In this document: one piece after another, positions 18,808 to 28,324 of the stretch
Position numbering within the stretch: the stretch's first letter is position 1
Layout of the letters: every line of letters begins with the position of its first letter
NCBI GenBank assembly: GCA_963662335.2
Contig: CAXXVD010000002.1
Span: forward strand, 384,001-448,000
Direction: 5' to 3'
Length of the DNA stretch: 64,000 nt
Source: Chloroflexota bacterium
Lineage (GTDB): Bacteria > Chloroflexota > UBA11872 > VXOZ01
Program-made: the position numbers and the translations under genes
The notes under the pieces: model-generated
The model's database searches: none
The model's input: only the letters and a program-made list of their open reading frames with translations
What the model was told of the DNA's origin: nothing

Positions 18808-20808
18808 ATGACCGCAAGCATCGGAACAGCACTCCTCTTCATCGCGTTTCTGGCGGCGCTCTACGGCGCCGTCGCGTCGGTGCTGGGCGCGCGGCTGCGA
18901 GTGCCGGAACTGGTCGTCAGCGCGCGCAACGCCGTGATCGGCGTGGCCGCGTTGGTCTCCCTGGCCGCGCTGGCGCTCATCTACGCCTTCGTGACCCATG
19001 ACTTCAGCCTGAAGTACGTGGTCGCCCAGTCCACCCGCTCGCAGCCGTGGCCCTACCTCTTCAGCGGCTTCTACGGCGGCCAGGCCGGCTCGCTGCTCTA
19101 CTGGTCGCTCACGCTGGCGCTGCTCGCGGCGGTGGCCGTGTTGATTCACTTTCGCGCCGACCGGCGGCTCATTCCCTACGTCATCGCCACGCTCATGGCC
19201 GTCGAGGCGTTCATCCTGGCGGTGCTCAATTTCATCTCGTCGCCGTTCGAGACCATTTCGCCGGTACCGCCCGACGGCCGCGGCCTCAACCCGCTGCTGC
19301 AAGACCCGGGCATGTTGGTGCATCCGCCCATGCTGCTGGCCGGGTACGTGAGCGTTTCCATTCCTTTCGCTTTCGCGATCGCCGCCTTGGTCACGGGACA
19401 GGTGGACAGCCGCTGGCTGCGGGCCACCCGGCATTGGGCGCTGCTCTCCTGGCTCTTCCTCTCGCTGGGCAACCTGCTCGGCGCGTGGTGGGCGTACCAC
19501 GTGCTCGGCTGGGGCGGCTACTGGGGCTGGGACCCGGTGGAAAACGTGGCGATTCTGCCCTGGTTCGCCATGAGCGCCTACGTGCACTCGGTCCTGGTGC
19601 AGGAACGGCGGGGGATGCTGAAAGTCTGGAACATGGCGCTCATCATCGTGGCGTTTAACCTGGCCGTATTCGGCACGTTCGTGGTGCGCAGCGGCATCCT
19701 GGCCTCGGTGCACTCGTTCGCCGTATCCGAAATCGGGCCGTATTTCTTCGGCTTCCTGGCGGCGAGTCTTATCATCTCCCTGACGCTGCTGGTGCTGCGG
19801 CTGCCGCAACTGCGCGACGAGCACGACTTCGACTCCCTGCTCTCCCGCGAGGCCGCGTTTCTCTTCAACAACCTCCTCCTGGTCGCCGTCATCGTCGTCA
19901 CCTTCCTCGGCGTTATTTTTCCCTTGCTCTCGGAGGCGCTGCAAGGGCAACGCATCAATGTCGGCGCGCCGTTCTACCAGCAGGTGAACGGGCCGTTGCT
20001 GCTGGCGGTGGTGGCGCTCATGGGCCTGGGTATGTTGGTGCCCTGGCGGCGCGGCGCGGCGCGGGCGCTGCTGCGGGGATTGCGCAGTACGTTGGCGATT
20101 ACGGCGCTCTTCACGGTGGCCGCCATTGCGCTCGGCGCGCGCTCGCCGTGGACGATACTGAGCATTGCGGCCTGCGCCTTCGCGTTTGTCGTGGCGCTGC
20201 GGGAGTTTCACCGCACGGCCCTGGCGTTAATGCGCGCCCGGCAGACCGGGTATCCCGCCGCGTTGTTGGGGGTCTTTCGCTACAATCGCCGCCGCTACGG
20301 CGGCTACCTGGTGCACGTGGGCGTGGCGCTCATAGGTCTGGCGATTATTGGCTCCTCCTTCTTCCAGACCGAGCGTTCGGTAAGCCTCCGCCCCGGCCAG
20401 AGCGTGCAGGTGGGACAGTACACGGTGGCCTACCAGGGGCTCACCACGGTGAACGAGCCGGGCAAGCGGCGCACCATCGCCGCCATGCTGGTGCGCCACG
20501 GCGCCCGGTCGTTCCAGGTCGCGCCGCAGAAGGTCACGTTCGAGAATTGGGAAGAGCAGCCGGTGAGCGAGGTGGTGATCAAGACGGTCTACCCGCAATT
20601 GGACGACGTGTACGTGGTAATGGCGGCCTCCGGCGCGGACGGCGCGGCGAGTTTCCACGTCTTCGTAAATCCGCTGGTGGCGTTCCTCTGGCTCGGCGGC
20701 GCTTTGCTGGTGGTTGGCGGGCTTATATCATGGTGGCCTGAGGCCGCGCCCGTGGTCGCTGACGCGCGCGCCGGCCGCACGGCGCCGGCAGCGGCGGCTT
20801 CTTCATGA
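18808..20808 (+). CDS. ccmF: heme lyase CcmF
   Basis: GQAGSLL.W, GLNPLLQ.PGM..HPP, WAY..LGWGGYWGWDPVEN (WWD), RSG...SVHSF. Confidence 0.97.
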   Translation: MTASIGTALLFIAFLAALYGAVASVLGARLRVPELVVSARNAVIGVAALVSLAALALIYAFVTHDFSLKYVVAQSTRSQPWPYLFSGFYGGQAGSLLYWSLTLALLAAVAVLIHFRADRRLIPYVIATLMAVEAFILAVLNFISSPFETISPVPPDGRGLNPLLQDPGMLVHPPMLLAGYVSVSIPFAFAIAALVTGQVDSRWLRATRHWALLSWLFLSLGNLLGAWWAYHVLGWGGYWGWDPVENVAILPWFAMSAYVHSVLVQERRGMLKVWNMALIIVAFNLAVFGTFVVRSGILASVHSFAVSEIGPYFFGFLAASLIISLTLLVLRLPQLRDEHDFDSLLSREAAFLFNNLLLVAVIVVTFLGVIFPLLSEALQGQRINVGAPFYQQVNGPLLLAVVALMGLGMLVPWRRGAARALLRGLRSTLAITALFTVAAIALGARSPWTILSIAACAFAFVVALREFHRTALALMRARQTGYPAALLGVFRYNRRRYGGYLVHVGVALIGLAIIGSSFFQTERSVSLRPGQSVQVGQYTVAYQGLTTVNEPGKRRTIAAMLVRHGARSFQVAPQKVTFENWEEQPVSEVVIKTVYPQLDDVYVVMAASGADGAASFHVFVNPLVAFLWLGGALLVVGGLISWWPEAAPVVADARAGRTAPAAAASS

Positions 20809-21413
20809 GGAGAGCGTGGGGAAGCGCGGCGATGCGAAGGGGATTGGGATTGGAGACACATCACTTCCACCCTAGTTCTCTCCCTCGAGGGAGTGGGGGC
20901 TACGCGCTTCCGACCGTGGTCGTGACGGTCGCCCTAGCGGTGTTGCTTGCGGCGGTAACGCTGCAAATAGGTTGGGACGCGGCAAGAGCGGACGCCATCG
21001 ACGAGCGGACCGTGACGATTGCCAAGCAACTCAAGTGTCCGGTCTGCCAGAACGTGCCGGTGGCCTACTCCCAGTCGCAGTTGGCGGACGAGATGCGCCA
21101 GGTGATTCGCGACAAGCTGACGCAGGGCGAGAGCGAGGAGGCGATCATCCAGTATTTCGTCGACCGCTACGGCGAGGACGTGCTGCTGGAACCGCGCCGG
21201 GCGGGATTTAGCCTGCTGTTGTGGCTTGCGGCAATTGGCGTGGTGGCGTTTGGCGGGGCTGTGGTTGGCATCGTGCTGTGGAACTGGAGCCGCGCCCGGC
21301 CGGCCGCTGTAGCCACCGCAGCGCCGGCGGATTCCCCGCAGTCGCCCGCCGGCGCGCTGGAAGAGCTTTTCGAGGAAGAATTCGCGCGCTATAAGCGAGA
21401 CAAGCGCTCATGA
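20805..21413 (+). CDS. ccmH: cytochrome c biogenesis protein CcmH
   Basis: LKCPVCQN, S.S.LA..MR, I..YFV.RYGE.VL..P; ATGA overlap with ccmF. Confidence 0.92.
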   Translation: MRRAWGSAAMRRGLGLETHHFHPSSLPRGSGGYALPTVVVTVALAVLLAAVTLQIGWDAARADAIDERTVTIAKQLKCPVCQNVPVAYSQSQLADEMRQVIRDKLTQGESEEAIIQYFVDRYGEDVLLEPRRAGFSLLLWLAAIGVVAFGGAVVGIVLWNWSRARPAAVATAAPADSPQSPAGALEELFEEEFARYKRDKRS

Positions 21414-22684
21414 CCGTCATCGCGTTGGGAAGCGTATTCGGCGTCGGCGCGCTGCTGTGGATTCTCTGGCCGCTGGTGCGGCGCGGCGGCGCGGCGGCGT
21501 TGGGAACGGACGACACGGGCGACGATCTTGCCGAGCGTACGCTGCTGCTCTACCAAGAACTGGAAGAGATCGACCTGGAGCGCGAACAGGGCGACCTTAC
21601 CGCAGACGAATACGCCGCCTTGCGCGAGGCGCAGAAGCGGCGCGTGCTCACGCTCCTCGAGCAGCGGCAGCGTGAAGCGGTCGCGCTGGGAGACGCGGCA
21701 GCAAGCGAAAACGCCGATGCCCTCAGTGACGCCATCGAGCAGGAAGTCCTGCGCATTCGCGCCCGGCGGCGGGGCGAGCGCGCTTCCCCGGCCGGCCAGG
21801 ACGCCCCGGCGCGCGGGCTGCATTGGCTGTGGCTCGGCGTGCCGGCGCTGCTCGTGCTGGTTGCCTTTGGCGTCATCTTCCAACTCTATCGTTCCTCCGC
21901 TCGCACGCTGACCGAACAGACGCCAATTGCGCAGGTGGACGCGGCATCCCTGGTAGGGTTTGCATCCGTAGCGCCTGGCCGCGTCCTGTTGGCTACGACC
22001 GGCGGGATAGAGGAGAGCCGCGACGGGGGGCGGACGTGGACGGCGCACGCGCTGGGCGCCGCGCCGCGCGCGCTGGCGGTATCGCCGGCCGGCAGCAACG
22101 CCTACGTCGTTACGGCGGCGGGCGCGCACGCGAGCGCCGACGCCGGGCGCACCTGGCAAGCCATTCCCGCTGCGCTGCCGGGCGCGGAAGTCCTGGCGGC
22201 GGCGGTAAATCCCTACGCGCCAACGGAGGTCTACGCCAGTTTCGCCGATGCCGGCCTTCACCGCTCGCGCGACGGCGGCGCATCATGGGAGCCGGTTTCG
22301 ACGCCGGACAACGAACGGATTGTGGCGATCTTCGTGGGCGGCGTGCCGCCGTTGCTCTTCATTGCCGGAGAATCCGGGAACGTGCGGGTGAGCAGCGACG
22401 AGGGCGCGACCTGGCGGGCGGCCAGCGGCGCGGTCACCATGGCCCTGCGCGGCCCGGTGCGCGCGCTGGTCGGCGCGCCGGACGCCAGCGTGCTTTACGC
22501 GGCCTCCCACACCGGGCTCTACATGAGCACGTCGGCCGGGCAGACGTGGGTGGACTTGCCGCTGCGCAAACCGCTGGCGGCGGTGGCCGTGGATCCGGCG
22601 GACGCCCGCACCGTGCTGGCCGTAACGGAATCCGGCGCGGTCTACCGCAGCGCCGACGGCGGCATCGCGTGGAGAGACGAGTGA
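21410..22684 (+). CDS. CcmI-like N-terminal membrane/coiled-coil module fused to a BNR/Asp-box beta-propeller
   Basis: TM, then ELEEIDLEREQGDL..DEY..LR, then TM, then repeated S.DGG.TW Asp-boxes; ATGA overlap with ccmH. Confidence 0.8.
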   Translation: MTVIALGSVFGVGALLWILWPLVRRGGAAALGTDDTGDDLAERTLLLYQELEEIDLEREQGDLTADEYAALREAQKRRVLTLLEQRQREAVALGDAAASENADALSDAIEQEVLRIRARRRGERASPAGQDAPARGLHWLWLGVPALLVLVAFGVIFQLYRSSARTLTEQTPIAQVDAASLVGFASVAPGRVLLATTGGIEESRDGGRTWTAHALGAAPRALAVSPAGSNAYVVTAAGAHASADAGRTWQAIPAALPGAEVLAAAVNPYAPTEVYASFADAGLHRSRDGGASWEPVSTPDNERIVAIFVGGVPPLLFIAGESGNVRVSSDEGATWRAASGAVTMALRGPVRALVGAPDASVLYAASHTGLYMSTSAGQTWVDLPLRKPLAAVAVDPADARTVLAVTESGAVYRSADGGIAWRDE

Positions 22685-24153
22685 CGAATCGCGCCGGTTA
22701 CAAGCGGCTTCGTCAACGCGCGGAATGTCCGTCATTCCCGCGCAAGCGGGAATCCATCCTCGCGGACGTTGGCAAGCCCCCGCCGGAGGGAGAACCAACG
22801 CGCATCGCCCAAGAACGTGCCTCCTCTTTGCCTGAAGAAGCGGGGGACAAGCCCCCGCGCTACGGTTTGGCGTCGGGGTTCGCGCCCGCCGCCTCCGTCC
22901 CGCGTCTTCCCGCGTGGCTTCACCGCGCGGCGGCCCTCTGCCTCGGCCTTCTCCTATTCGCACTCTTGCCTGCAACCGTAGCGGCGGAGGGCGTCGTAAC
23001 GGGCACCGTCGTCAACGGCACTGCGGGCGGCGGCGTGCCGGCGGACGTGGCGGTGACGCTCTACTTCCTGCGCGATGGCGACATCGTCGAACAGCGCACG
23101 GCGGTTACCGACGCGGCCGGCGCGTATCGTTTCGCCGACGTGCCATTGGATGCCGGACTGCGCTTCGTGGTGGTCGCCGCCTACGTGCGCGTGCCGTACA
23201 ACACGCCGGAGTTGCAGTTCGGGGAGAGCGCTGAAGTCCAAGCGCCGCCGCTTACGGTGTATGAAGCCGGCCAGGACCCAAGCGTCGTGCGGGTCGTCAC
23301 CGACGTGCTCATCATCGCGCCGGGCGAAGAGCGCAGCGGCATGTTGTCCGTCCTGGAGATAGTGCGGCTGGCGAACGACAGCGACCGCACTTATCTTGCC
23401 ACCGGCGTCGCGGGCGGCGGCGCGGCCATGGACCGGGTGCTGCGCTTCGCGCTACCGGCCGGCGCGCAGGACCTTACGATGATCAGCGGTCTCAGTGACC
23501 AGAGCGTGGTGCAGATCGATAGCGCACGCGACAATCTGCGGGGCTTTGGCGCCTTCATGCCGCTGCTGCCGGGCGAACGGGAAGTGGCGTTCGGCTACCA
23601 GGTGCCGTATGCCGGCAGCACGCTGGACTTGCGCAAGCGCACGGTCTACCCGACCGACCATTTCGCCGTCATCGCCCTGGAAGAACACGGGCTGGACTTC
23701 GCGTCGGCGCAACTCGAAGTGCAGGCCACGCCGATTGGCGAGCGCCGCTACCTGGTCGGCAGCGCGAGCGATTTGGCGGCGCGGGCGGAGGTGACGGTGC
23801 GGGTCAGCGGCTTGCCCGCGCCTTCCATACGGGTGCGGTTCGAGCGCCTCCTCGAGCGTGCGCGCGGCGCTCAGTCGATTCTCTTCGTCATCCTCGGCCT
23901 AGCGTTGGCCCTGCCCCTCATCTACGCGGTCTATCGCCGGCGCGGCGGGCTGCGGCGGACGCCCGCGCCCAAGCCCCTGGACGCCGCCGCGCCGGACGAC
24001 AGGGAGTCGTTGTTGCTCGACATCGCTCAACTCGACGATGACTTTGCGGCCGGCGGCGTGGGCGAGGCAGAGTACGAGCGGCTGCGCGCTGAGAAGAAGC
24101 AACGCCTGCTGGAACTCTATGAAAAAATCGACAATGAGGCCGGCGATGGCTGA
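22681..24153 (+). CDS. exported protein: carboxypeptidase-regulatory-like beta domains, C-terminal TM and CcmI-like helical motif
   Basis: GTGA overlap with upstream stop and GGAGA RBS (start inferred); signal peptide ending ATVAA-EG; G.V.G.V.NGT, TD..G.YRF; C-terminal LL.DIA.LDD.F..G.....EYE.LR. Confidence 0.75.
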   Translation: MTNRAGYKRLRQRAECPSFPRKRESILADVGKPPPEGEPTRIAQERASSLPEEAGDKPPRYGLASGFAPAASVPRLPAWLHRAAALCLGLLLFALLPATVAAEGVVTGTVVNGTAGGGVPADVAVTLYFLRDGDIVEQRTAVTDAAGAYRFADVPLDAGLRFVVVAAYVRVPYNTPELQFGESAEVQAPPLTVYEAGQDPSVVRVVTDVLIIAPGEERSGMLSVLEIVRLANDSDRTYLATGVAGGGAAMDRVLRFALPAGAQDLTMISGLSDQSVVQIDSARDNLRGFGAFMPLLPGEREVAFGYQVPYAGSTLDLRKRTVYPTDHFAVIALEEHGLDFASAQLEVQATPIGERRYLVGSASDLAARAEVTVRVSGLPAPSIRVRFERLLERARGAQSILFVILGLALALPLIYAVYRRRGGLRRTPAPKPLDAAAPDDRESLLLDIAQLDDDFAAGGVGEAEYERLRAEKKQRLLELYEKIDNEAGDG

Positions 24154-24883
24154 GCCGCAACACGCCGCCGCGGATCTCGCCGTGGAAACCAGCGGGGTAT
24201 GTAAGCAATTCGGCCCTCACACGGCATTGGAGCAGGTCAACCTCGCGCTGGCGAGAGAGGAACGCCTGGCGATACTCGGACCCAACGGCGCCGGCAAGAC
24301 CACGCTCATCGCGGTGCTGGCTACCCTTTTGCGTCCGTCCGCGGGCGCGCTGCGGGTCATGGGCTACGACAGCGCCGACGCGCCGGCCGAAGTGCGCCGC
24401 CGCATCGGCCTGGCGGCCCACCAGACCTACCTGTACCCGGAGCTTTCGGCGCGGGAAAACCTGCTCTTCTACGGGCGCTTGTATGGTGTGGCGGGTTTGG
24501 AAGGGCGCGTGGACGAACTGCTGCATCTCGTGGACATCTACCCGCGCCGCCACGAGCAAAGCGGGCGCCTATCGCGCGGTATGCAGCAGCGCGTAGCCTT
24601 GGCGCGCGCCCTGGTCCACGATCCCGACGTGCTGCTGCTGGACGAACCGGACACCGGCCTCGACCAGGAGCATCTGGAACTGTTGGCGTCGCTCGTGCAG
24701 GGCCGCGCTATCCCGCCCCGCAGCGTGATTCTCACCACCCACAACCTCGAGCGCGCTCTGTCACTGTGCGAGCGCGTGGCGGTGCTGGCGCGGGGGCGGC
24801 TGGTCTACCAGGCCGCAAGCGCGGCGCTCGACCACGCGGTGTTGCGGGACGCCTACCGCCGTCTTGCGGGAGCGGCGCCATGA
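24146..24883 (+). CDS. ccmA: heme ABC exporter ATP-binding protein CcmA
   Basis: GPNGAGKTT, LSRGMQQR, LLLDEP.TGLD, TTH; operon context. Confidence 0.9.
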   Translation: MAEPQHAAADLAVETSGVCKQFGPHTALEQVNLALAREERLAILGPNGAGKTTLIAVLATLLRPSAGALRVMGYDSADAPAEVRRRIGLAAHQTYLYPELSARENLLFYGRLYGVAGLEGRVDELLHLVDIYPRRHEQSGRLSRGMQQRVALARALVHDPDVLLLDEPDTGLDQEHLELLASLVQGRAIPPRSVILTTHNLERALSLCERVAVLARGRLVYQAASAALDHAVLRDAYRRLAGAAP

Positions 24884-25548
24884 GCCTCGCCCTGCGCCAA
24901 GTCCTCGCGGTTGTCCGCAAAGACCTCCTGGTCGAGTCGCGGGCGCGCGACCTCTTGCTCTCGATGCTGATCTTTGCCGCGCTCTCGCTCATCATCTTCA
25001 ACCTGGCGCTGGACCTGCGGGGCGCGGTGGTGCGGGAGGTGGGGCCGGGGCTGCTCTGGCTCACGATCGCCTTTGCCGCCATGCTGGGCATGGGCCGCGC
25101 GTTCGTGCGCGAACACGAGCGGGGCACGCTCGGCGGACTGCTGCTCGCGCCCATAGACAGGGGCACGCTCTTCATCGGCAAGCTGCTGGCAAACCTCCTC
25201 TTCCTCTTCGTCATGGAGGCGGTCGCGCTGCCCCTGTTCGCCATGCTTTTCAACCTGCCGGTGCTCACCCCGTTGGTGCTGCTCATCACGGCGCTCGGCA
25301 CGCTCGGCTTCGCCACGCTCGGCACGCTCTTCTCCGCCATGGCGGCGCACAGCCGGGCGCGAGAGGCGCTGCTGCCGCTGCTGCTCTTGCCCACCACCGT
25401 GCCGGTGCTGATTGGAGCGGTGAAAGCGACGAGCAACGCCATTGCCGGCATCGGCGGCGGCCCGCCGTGGCTCGGCCTGCTGCTCGCCTTCGACGTAATT
25501 TTCCTTACCCTCTCGTATCTATTGTTTGCCCACGCGATTGAAGAGTGA
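24880..25548 (+). CDS. ccmB: heme exporter protein CcmB
   Basis: KDL..E.R, LW....FA, F..E.ERGTL.GLLL.P, LLP.LLLP...PVLI. Confidence 0.93.
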   Translation: MSLALRQVLAVVRKDLLVESRARDLLLSMLIFAALSLIIFNLALDLRGAVVREVGPGLLWLTIAFAAMLGMGRAFVREHERGTLGGLLLAPIDRGTLFIGKLLANLLFLFVMEAVALPLFAMLFNLPVLTPLVLLITALGTLGFATLGTLFSAMAAHSRAREALLPLLLLPTTVPVLIGAVKATSNAIAGIGGGPPWLGLLLAFDVIFLTLSYLLFAHAIEE

Positions 25549-25589
25549 ACGACGGCCTATGGTTGTGAGAGGAATCGAGAGAAAACGGG

Positions 25590-25628
25590 TATACTGAGTG
25601 CGGGCGTATTGTTAAGTAAACTTCATAA
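25590..25628 (+). promoter_or_regulatory. possible internal promoter and operator upstream of ccmC
   Basis: TATACT at 25590-25595; imperfect palindrome TTGTTAAGT-AA-ACTTCATAA at 25609-25628 in an AT-rich gap. Confidence 0.35.
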
Positions 25629-25697
25629 ACATTAGCTCCCATTAATGGGGAGATGCAGTAGGAACACAATGCGGCGCAACGCCGCCGCAGAGAGAGG

Positions 25698-26408
25698 ATG
25701 CCCATGTTGCGAAGCGGAAATGCGGAAGGCGGGCGCGGTTGGCTGGACGACGCGCTGGGCGTGGCCGCGTTGATTGGCATGGTGGTGGCGCTCTGGCTCA
25801 TCTTCATCTACACGCCGGTCGAACTTGTGCAGGGCGCGGTGCAGAAGGTCTTCTATATCCACCTGGCGTCGATTTGGAACGCCTACCTGGGCTTCTTCAT
25901 CGTCTTCGTGGCGAGCATTCTCTATCTCCGGCGCGCAAGCGCGCGCACAGACCGCATCGCCCGCGCCTGGGCGGAAATTGGCGTGGTCTTTACCACCATC
26001 ACGCTCATCAGCGGCGCGATTTGGGCCAAGCCGATCTGGGGGACGTACTGGACGTGGGACCCGCGCCTGACCAGCACCCTCGTGCTTTGGCTCATCTACG
26101 TGGTCTATCTCATGCTGCCCGGCCTCATTGGCGACCCGGAGCGCGGGCGGCGCTACGCCGCGATCGTCGGCATCATCGGCTTCATCGACGTGCCGATCGT
26201 GCACATGTCGGTGCGCTGGTGGCGCACGCTGCACCCGGACCCCATCGTCGCCACGGTGGAAGGGCCGGCGCTGCCCATGAGCATGTGGTACACCGTGCTC
26301 TTCTGCATCGCGGTCTTTACCGTGTTGGCGGTCTTCCTGGTGCGGCAGCGGCTGCAAATCGACGAAATGCGAGAAACGCTCAACGCCCTGCGCTCGCCTG
26401 CGCGCTGA
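25698..26408 (+). CDS. ccmC: heme exporter protein CcmC
   Basis: FYIH, G.IWAKPIWGTYWTWDPRLTS (WWD), SV.WWRTLHP. Confidence 0.95.
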   Translation: MPMLRSGNAEGGRGWLDDALGVAALIGMVVALWLIFIYTPVELVQGAVQKVFYIHLASIWNAYLGFFIVFVASILYLRRASARTDRIARAWAEIGVVFTTITLISGAIWAKPIWGTYWTWDPRLTSTLVLWLIYVVYLMLPGLIGDPERGRRYAAIVGIIGFIDVPIVHMSVRWWRTLHPDPIVATVEGPALPMSMWYTVLFCIAVFTVLAVFLVRQRLQIDEMRETLNALRSPAR

Positions 26409-26428
26409 CACTGAAAAGGAGCATGTGA

Positions 26429-26608
26429 ATGGACGCGATTCAGAACTTCGACTACCTCTTCGCCGCGTACGCCATCCTCTGGGTGGTGGTATTCGGCTAC
26501 TTCTTCTTCCTCACCCGGCAGCTTGGCGACCTGCGGCGCGAGGTGAACGCGCTGCGCGAGGAGCGTGAGGGTCGCGGAAGCGATGAGGAAGAAGAGGCCG
26601 GCGCGTAG
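26429..26608 (+). CDS. ccmD: CcmD family small membrane protein (59 aa; not in the ORF track)
   Basis: MDAIQNFDYLFAAYAILWVVVFGYFFFLTRQLGDLRREVNALREE...; AAGGAG RBS; immediately after ccmC. Confidence 0.85.
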   Translation: MDAIQNFDYLFAAYAILWVVVFGYFFFLTRQLGDLRREVNALREEREGRGSDEEEEAGA

Positions 26609-26812
26609 GTTGCGTGCGCCGGGTAGCCGTTCATCCTTCGACAGGCTCAGGACGAACGGCTACCCGGCTTAGCGAAGGGATTCCGGCTCAGGACGAACGG
26701 ATACCGGCTTCTCCCAAGGGAGACGAACGCGCTCTGTTGGCACTCGCACAGGCGCGTGGTATGCTATAAATACTGAAGTAATGGAGCCAACCAGGAATTC
26801 GAGCGAGTTGAA

Positions 26813-28324
26813 ATGGCGGAAAACGGGCCGTGTACCACGGCGCAGATGGAACGCCAAGCGGATGACGCCGCACCTAGCGAAGACGCCGCTCCAAACGCGG
26901 TTGCGGCAACCGACGCCCGCGCCCGCAGCCTGGCCCTTAACGAGCGCGTGCCGTCCAGCGGCTTGTTCGGCGAGGCCGACCGTCCCCTGGTAGAGGGGTC
27001 CCGCGCTTCCTGGCGCATCGCGCCGGAGCCGTTCCTCATCACGCCCGCTAGTTACGAGAACCTGTGCCAACTGGGCGAGCGGCTGCTGGCGTTCTACGGC
27101 GCCGCGAACCGGCTCTACAAGCGCAGCGTGCGCGGCACCATTCCCGCCTTCTTCCACGAATACCTTGACCTGGGCAAGAGCGAGACCGTTATCGACTACG
27201 GCCGCATGAACCGCTTCCGGCGCGACCTGCCGGGCGTAATCCGGCCCGACCTCTTGCTCACCACCGATGGCGTGAAGGCCGCCGAACTCGATTCCGTGCC
27301 CGGCGGCATCGGCCTCACCGGCAGTATGCAGCAGCACTACGCCAGCCTGGGATTCAACATGGCCGGCGGCGCGAACGGTATGGTGGAAGGCTTTGGCGCG
27401 ATGATTCGCGGCCGCGCGGCCACGGACGACCCAAAGCTGGCGATTGCGGTATCCGATGAGTCCAACGACTACCGTCCCGAGATGCAGTGGGTTGCCGAGC
27501 AATTGCGGGCCTTGGGCATGGAGAGCGCGTGCGCCAGGCCGGAAGAGATCGAGTTGCACGGCGACGGCCTCACCCTTGGGGGCCGGCCGGTGGATACGCT
27601 CTACCGCTTCTTCGAACTCTTCGACCTGAAGAATATCCCGAACTACGACCTGCTCCTCTACGCCGTGCGCAAGCAACTGGTCGCCATGACGCCGCCGGTG
27701 AAGGCGTATCTGGAAGAAAAACTGCTCTTCGCGCTCTTCCACCATCCGGCGCTGGCCGAGCACTGGCGGCAGGAGATGGGCGCGAAGACCGTGGCCGCCT
27801 TGCGCGGCGTCATCCCGCAGACGTGGATCCTCGACCCGCGCGCCTTGCCGCCGCAGGCGGTGGTGCCGGGGCTGGAAATCGCCAAGCGGCCGGTGACGAA
27901 TTTCGACCAACTCAAGGGACTGAGCCAGGCGGAGCGGCGGTTGGTGATCAAGCCCTCAGGCTACTCCGCCACCGCCTGGGGCAGCCGGGGCGTGACCATC
28001 GGCCACGACCGGCCCGAAACGGAGTGGGACGCTGCCGTGCAGACCGCGCTCGCTGCGTTTGCGCAGACGCCCCACGTCTTGCAGAAGTTTCACCACGGCA
28101 AGCGCTACGCCACCCGCTACTATGACTTCGAGCGCGACACCGTGCGCCGCATGAACGGCCGCGTGCGCTTTAGTCCCTACTACTTCGTGGTGAATGACGA
28201 AACGCGCTTGGGCGGCGTGCTGGTGACAATCGTGCCGGCGGACAAGAAACTCATCCACGGCATGGTGGACGCGGTGATGGTACCCGCCGCCGTGAGCGAC
28301 GACGGGATAGAACTCGACCTATAG
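26813..28324 (+). CDS. circularly permuted ATP-grasp (glutathionylspermidine-synthetase-like) ligase of unknown substrate
   Basis: IRPDLL...ELDSVPGGIG, LYRFFELFD, EEK..FA, LVIKPSG...WGSRGVTIG, VLQ.F. Confidence 0.75.
   Translation: MAENGPCTTAQMERQADDAAPSEDAAPNAVAATDARARSLALNERVPSSGLFGEADRPLVEGSRASWRIAPEPFLITPASYENLCQLGERLLAFYGAANRLYKRSVRGTIPAFFHEYLDLGKSETVIDYGRMNRFRRDLPGVIRPDLLLTTDGVKAAELDSVPGGIGLTGSMQQHYASLGFNMAGGANGMVEGFGAMIRGRAATDDPKLAIAVSDESNDYRPEMQWVAEQLRALGMESACARPEEIELHGDGLTLGGRPVDTLYRFFELFDLKNIPNYDLLLYAVRKQLVAMTPPVKAYLEEKLLFALFHHPALAEHWRQEMGAKTVAALRGVIPQTWILDPRALPPQAVVPGLEIAKRPVTNFDQLKGLSQAERRLVIKPSGYSATAWGSRGVTIGHDRPETEWDAAVQTALAAFAQTPHVLQKFHHGKRYATRYYDFERDTVRRMNGRVRFSPYYFVVNDETRLGGVLVTIVPADKKLIHGMVDAVMVPAAVSDDGIELDL

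Noticed and set aside
21823-22680. N-terminal 286 aa of the 776-aa track ORF
   Set aside because: Out-of-frame overlap with the propeller gene and Arg/Gly-rich; the real start is at or after 22681
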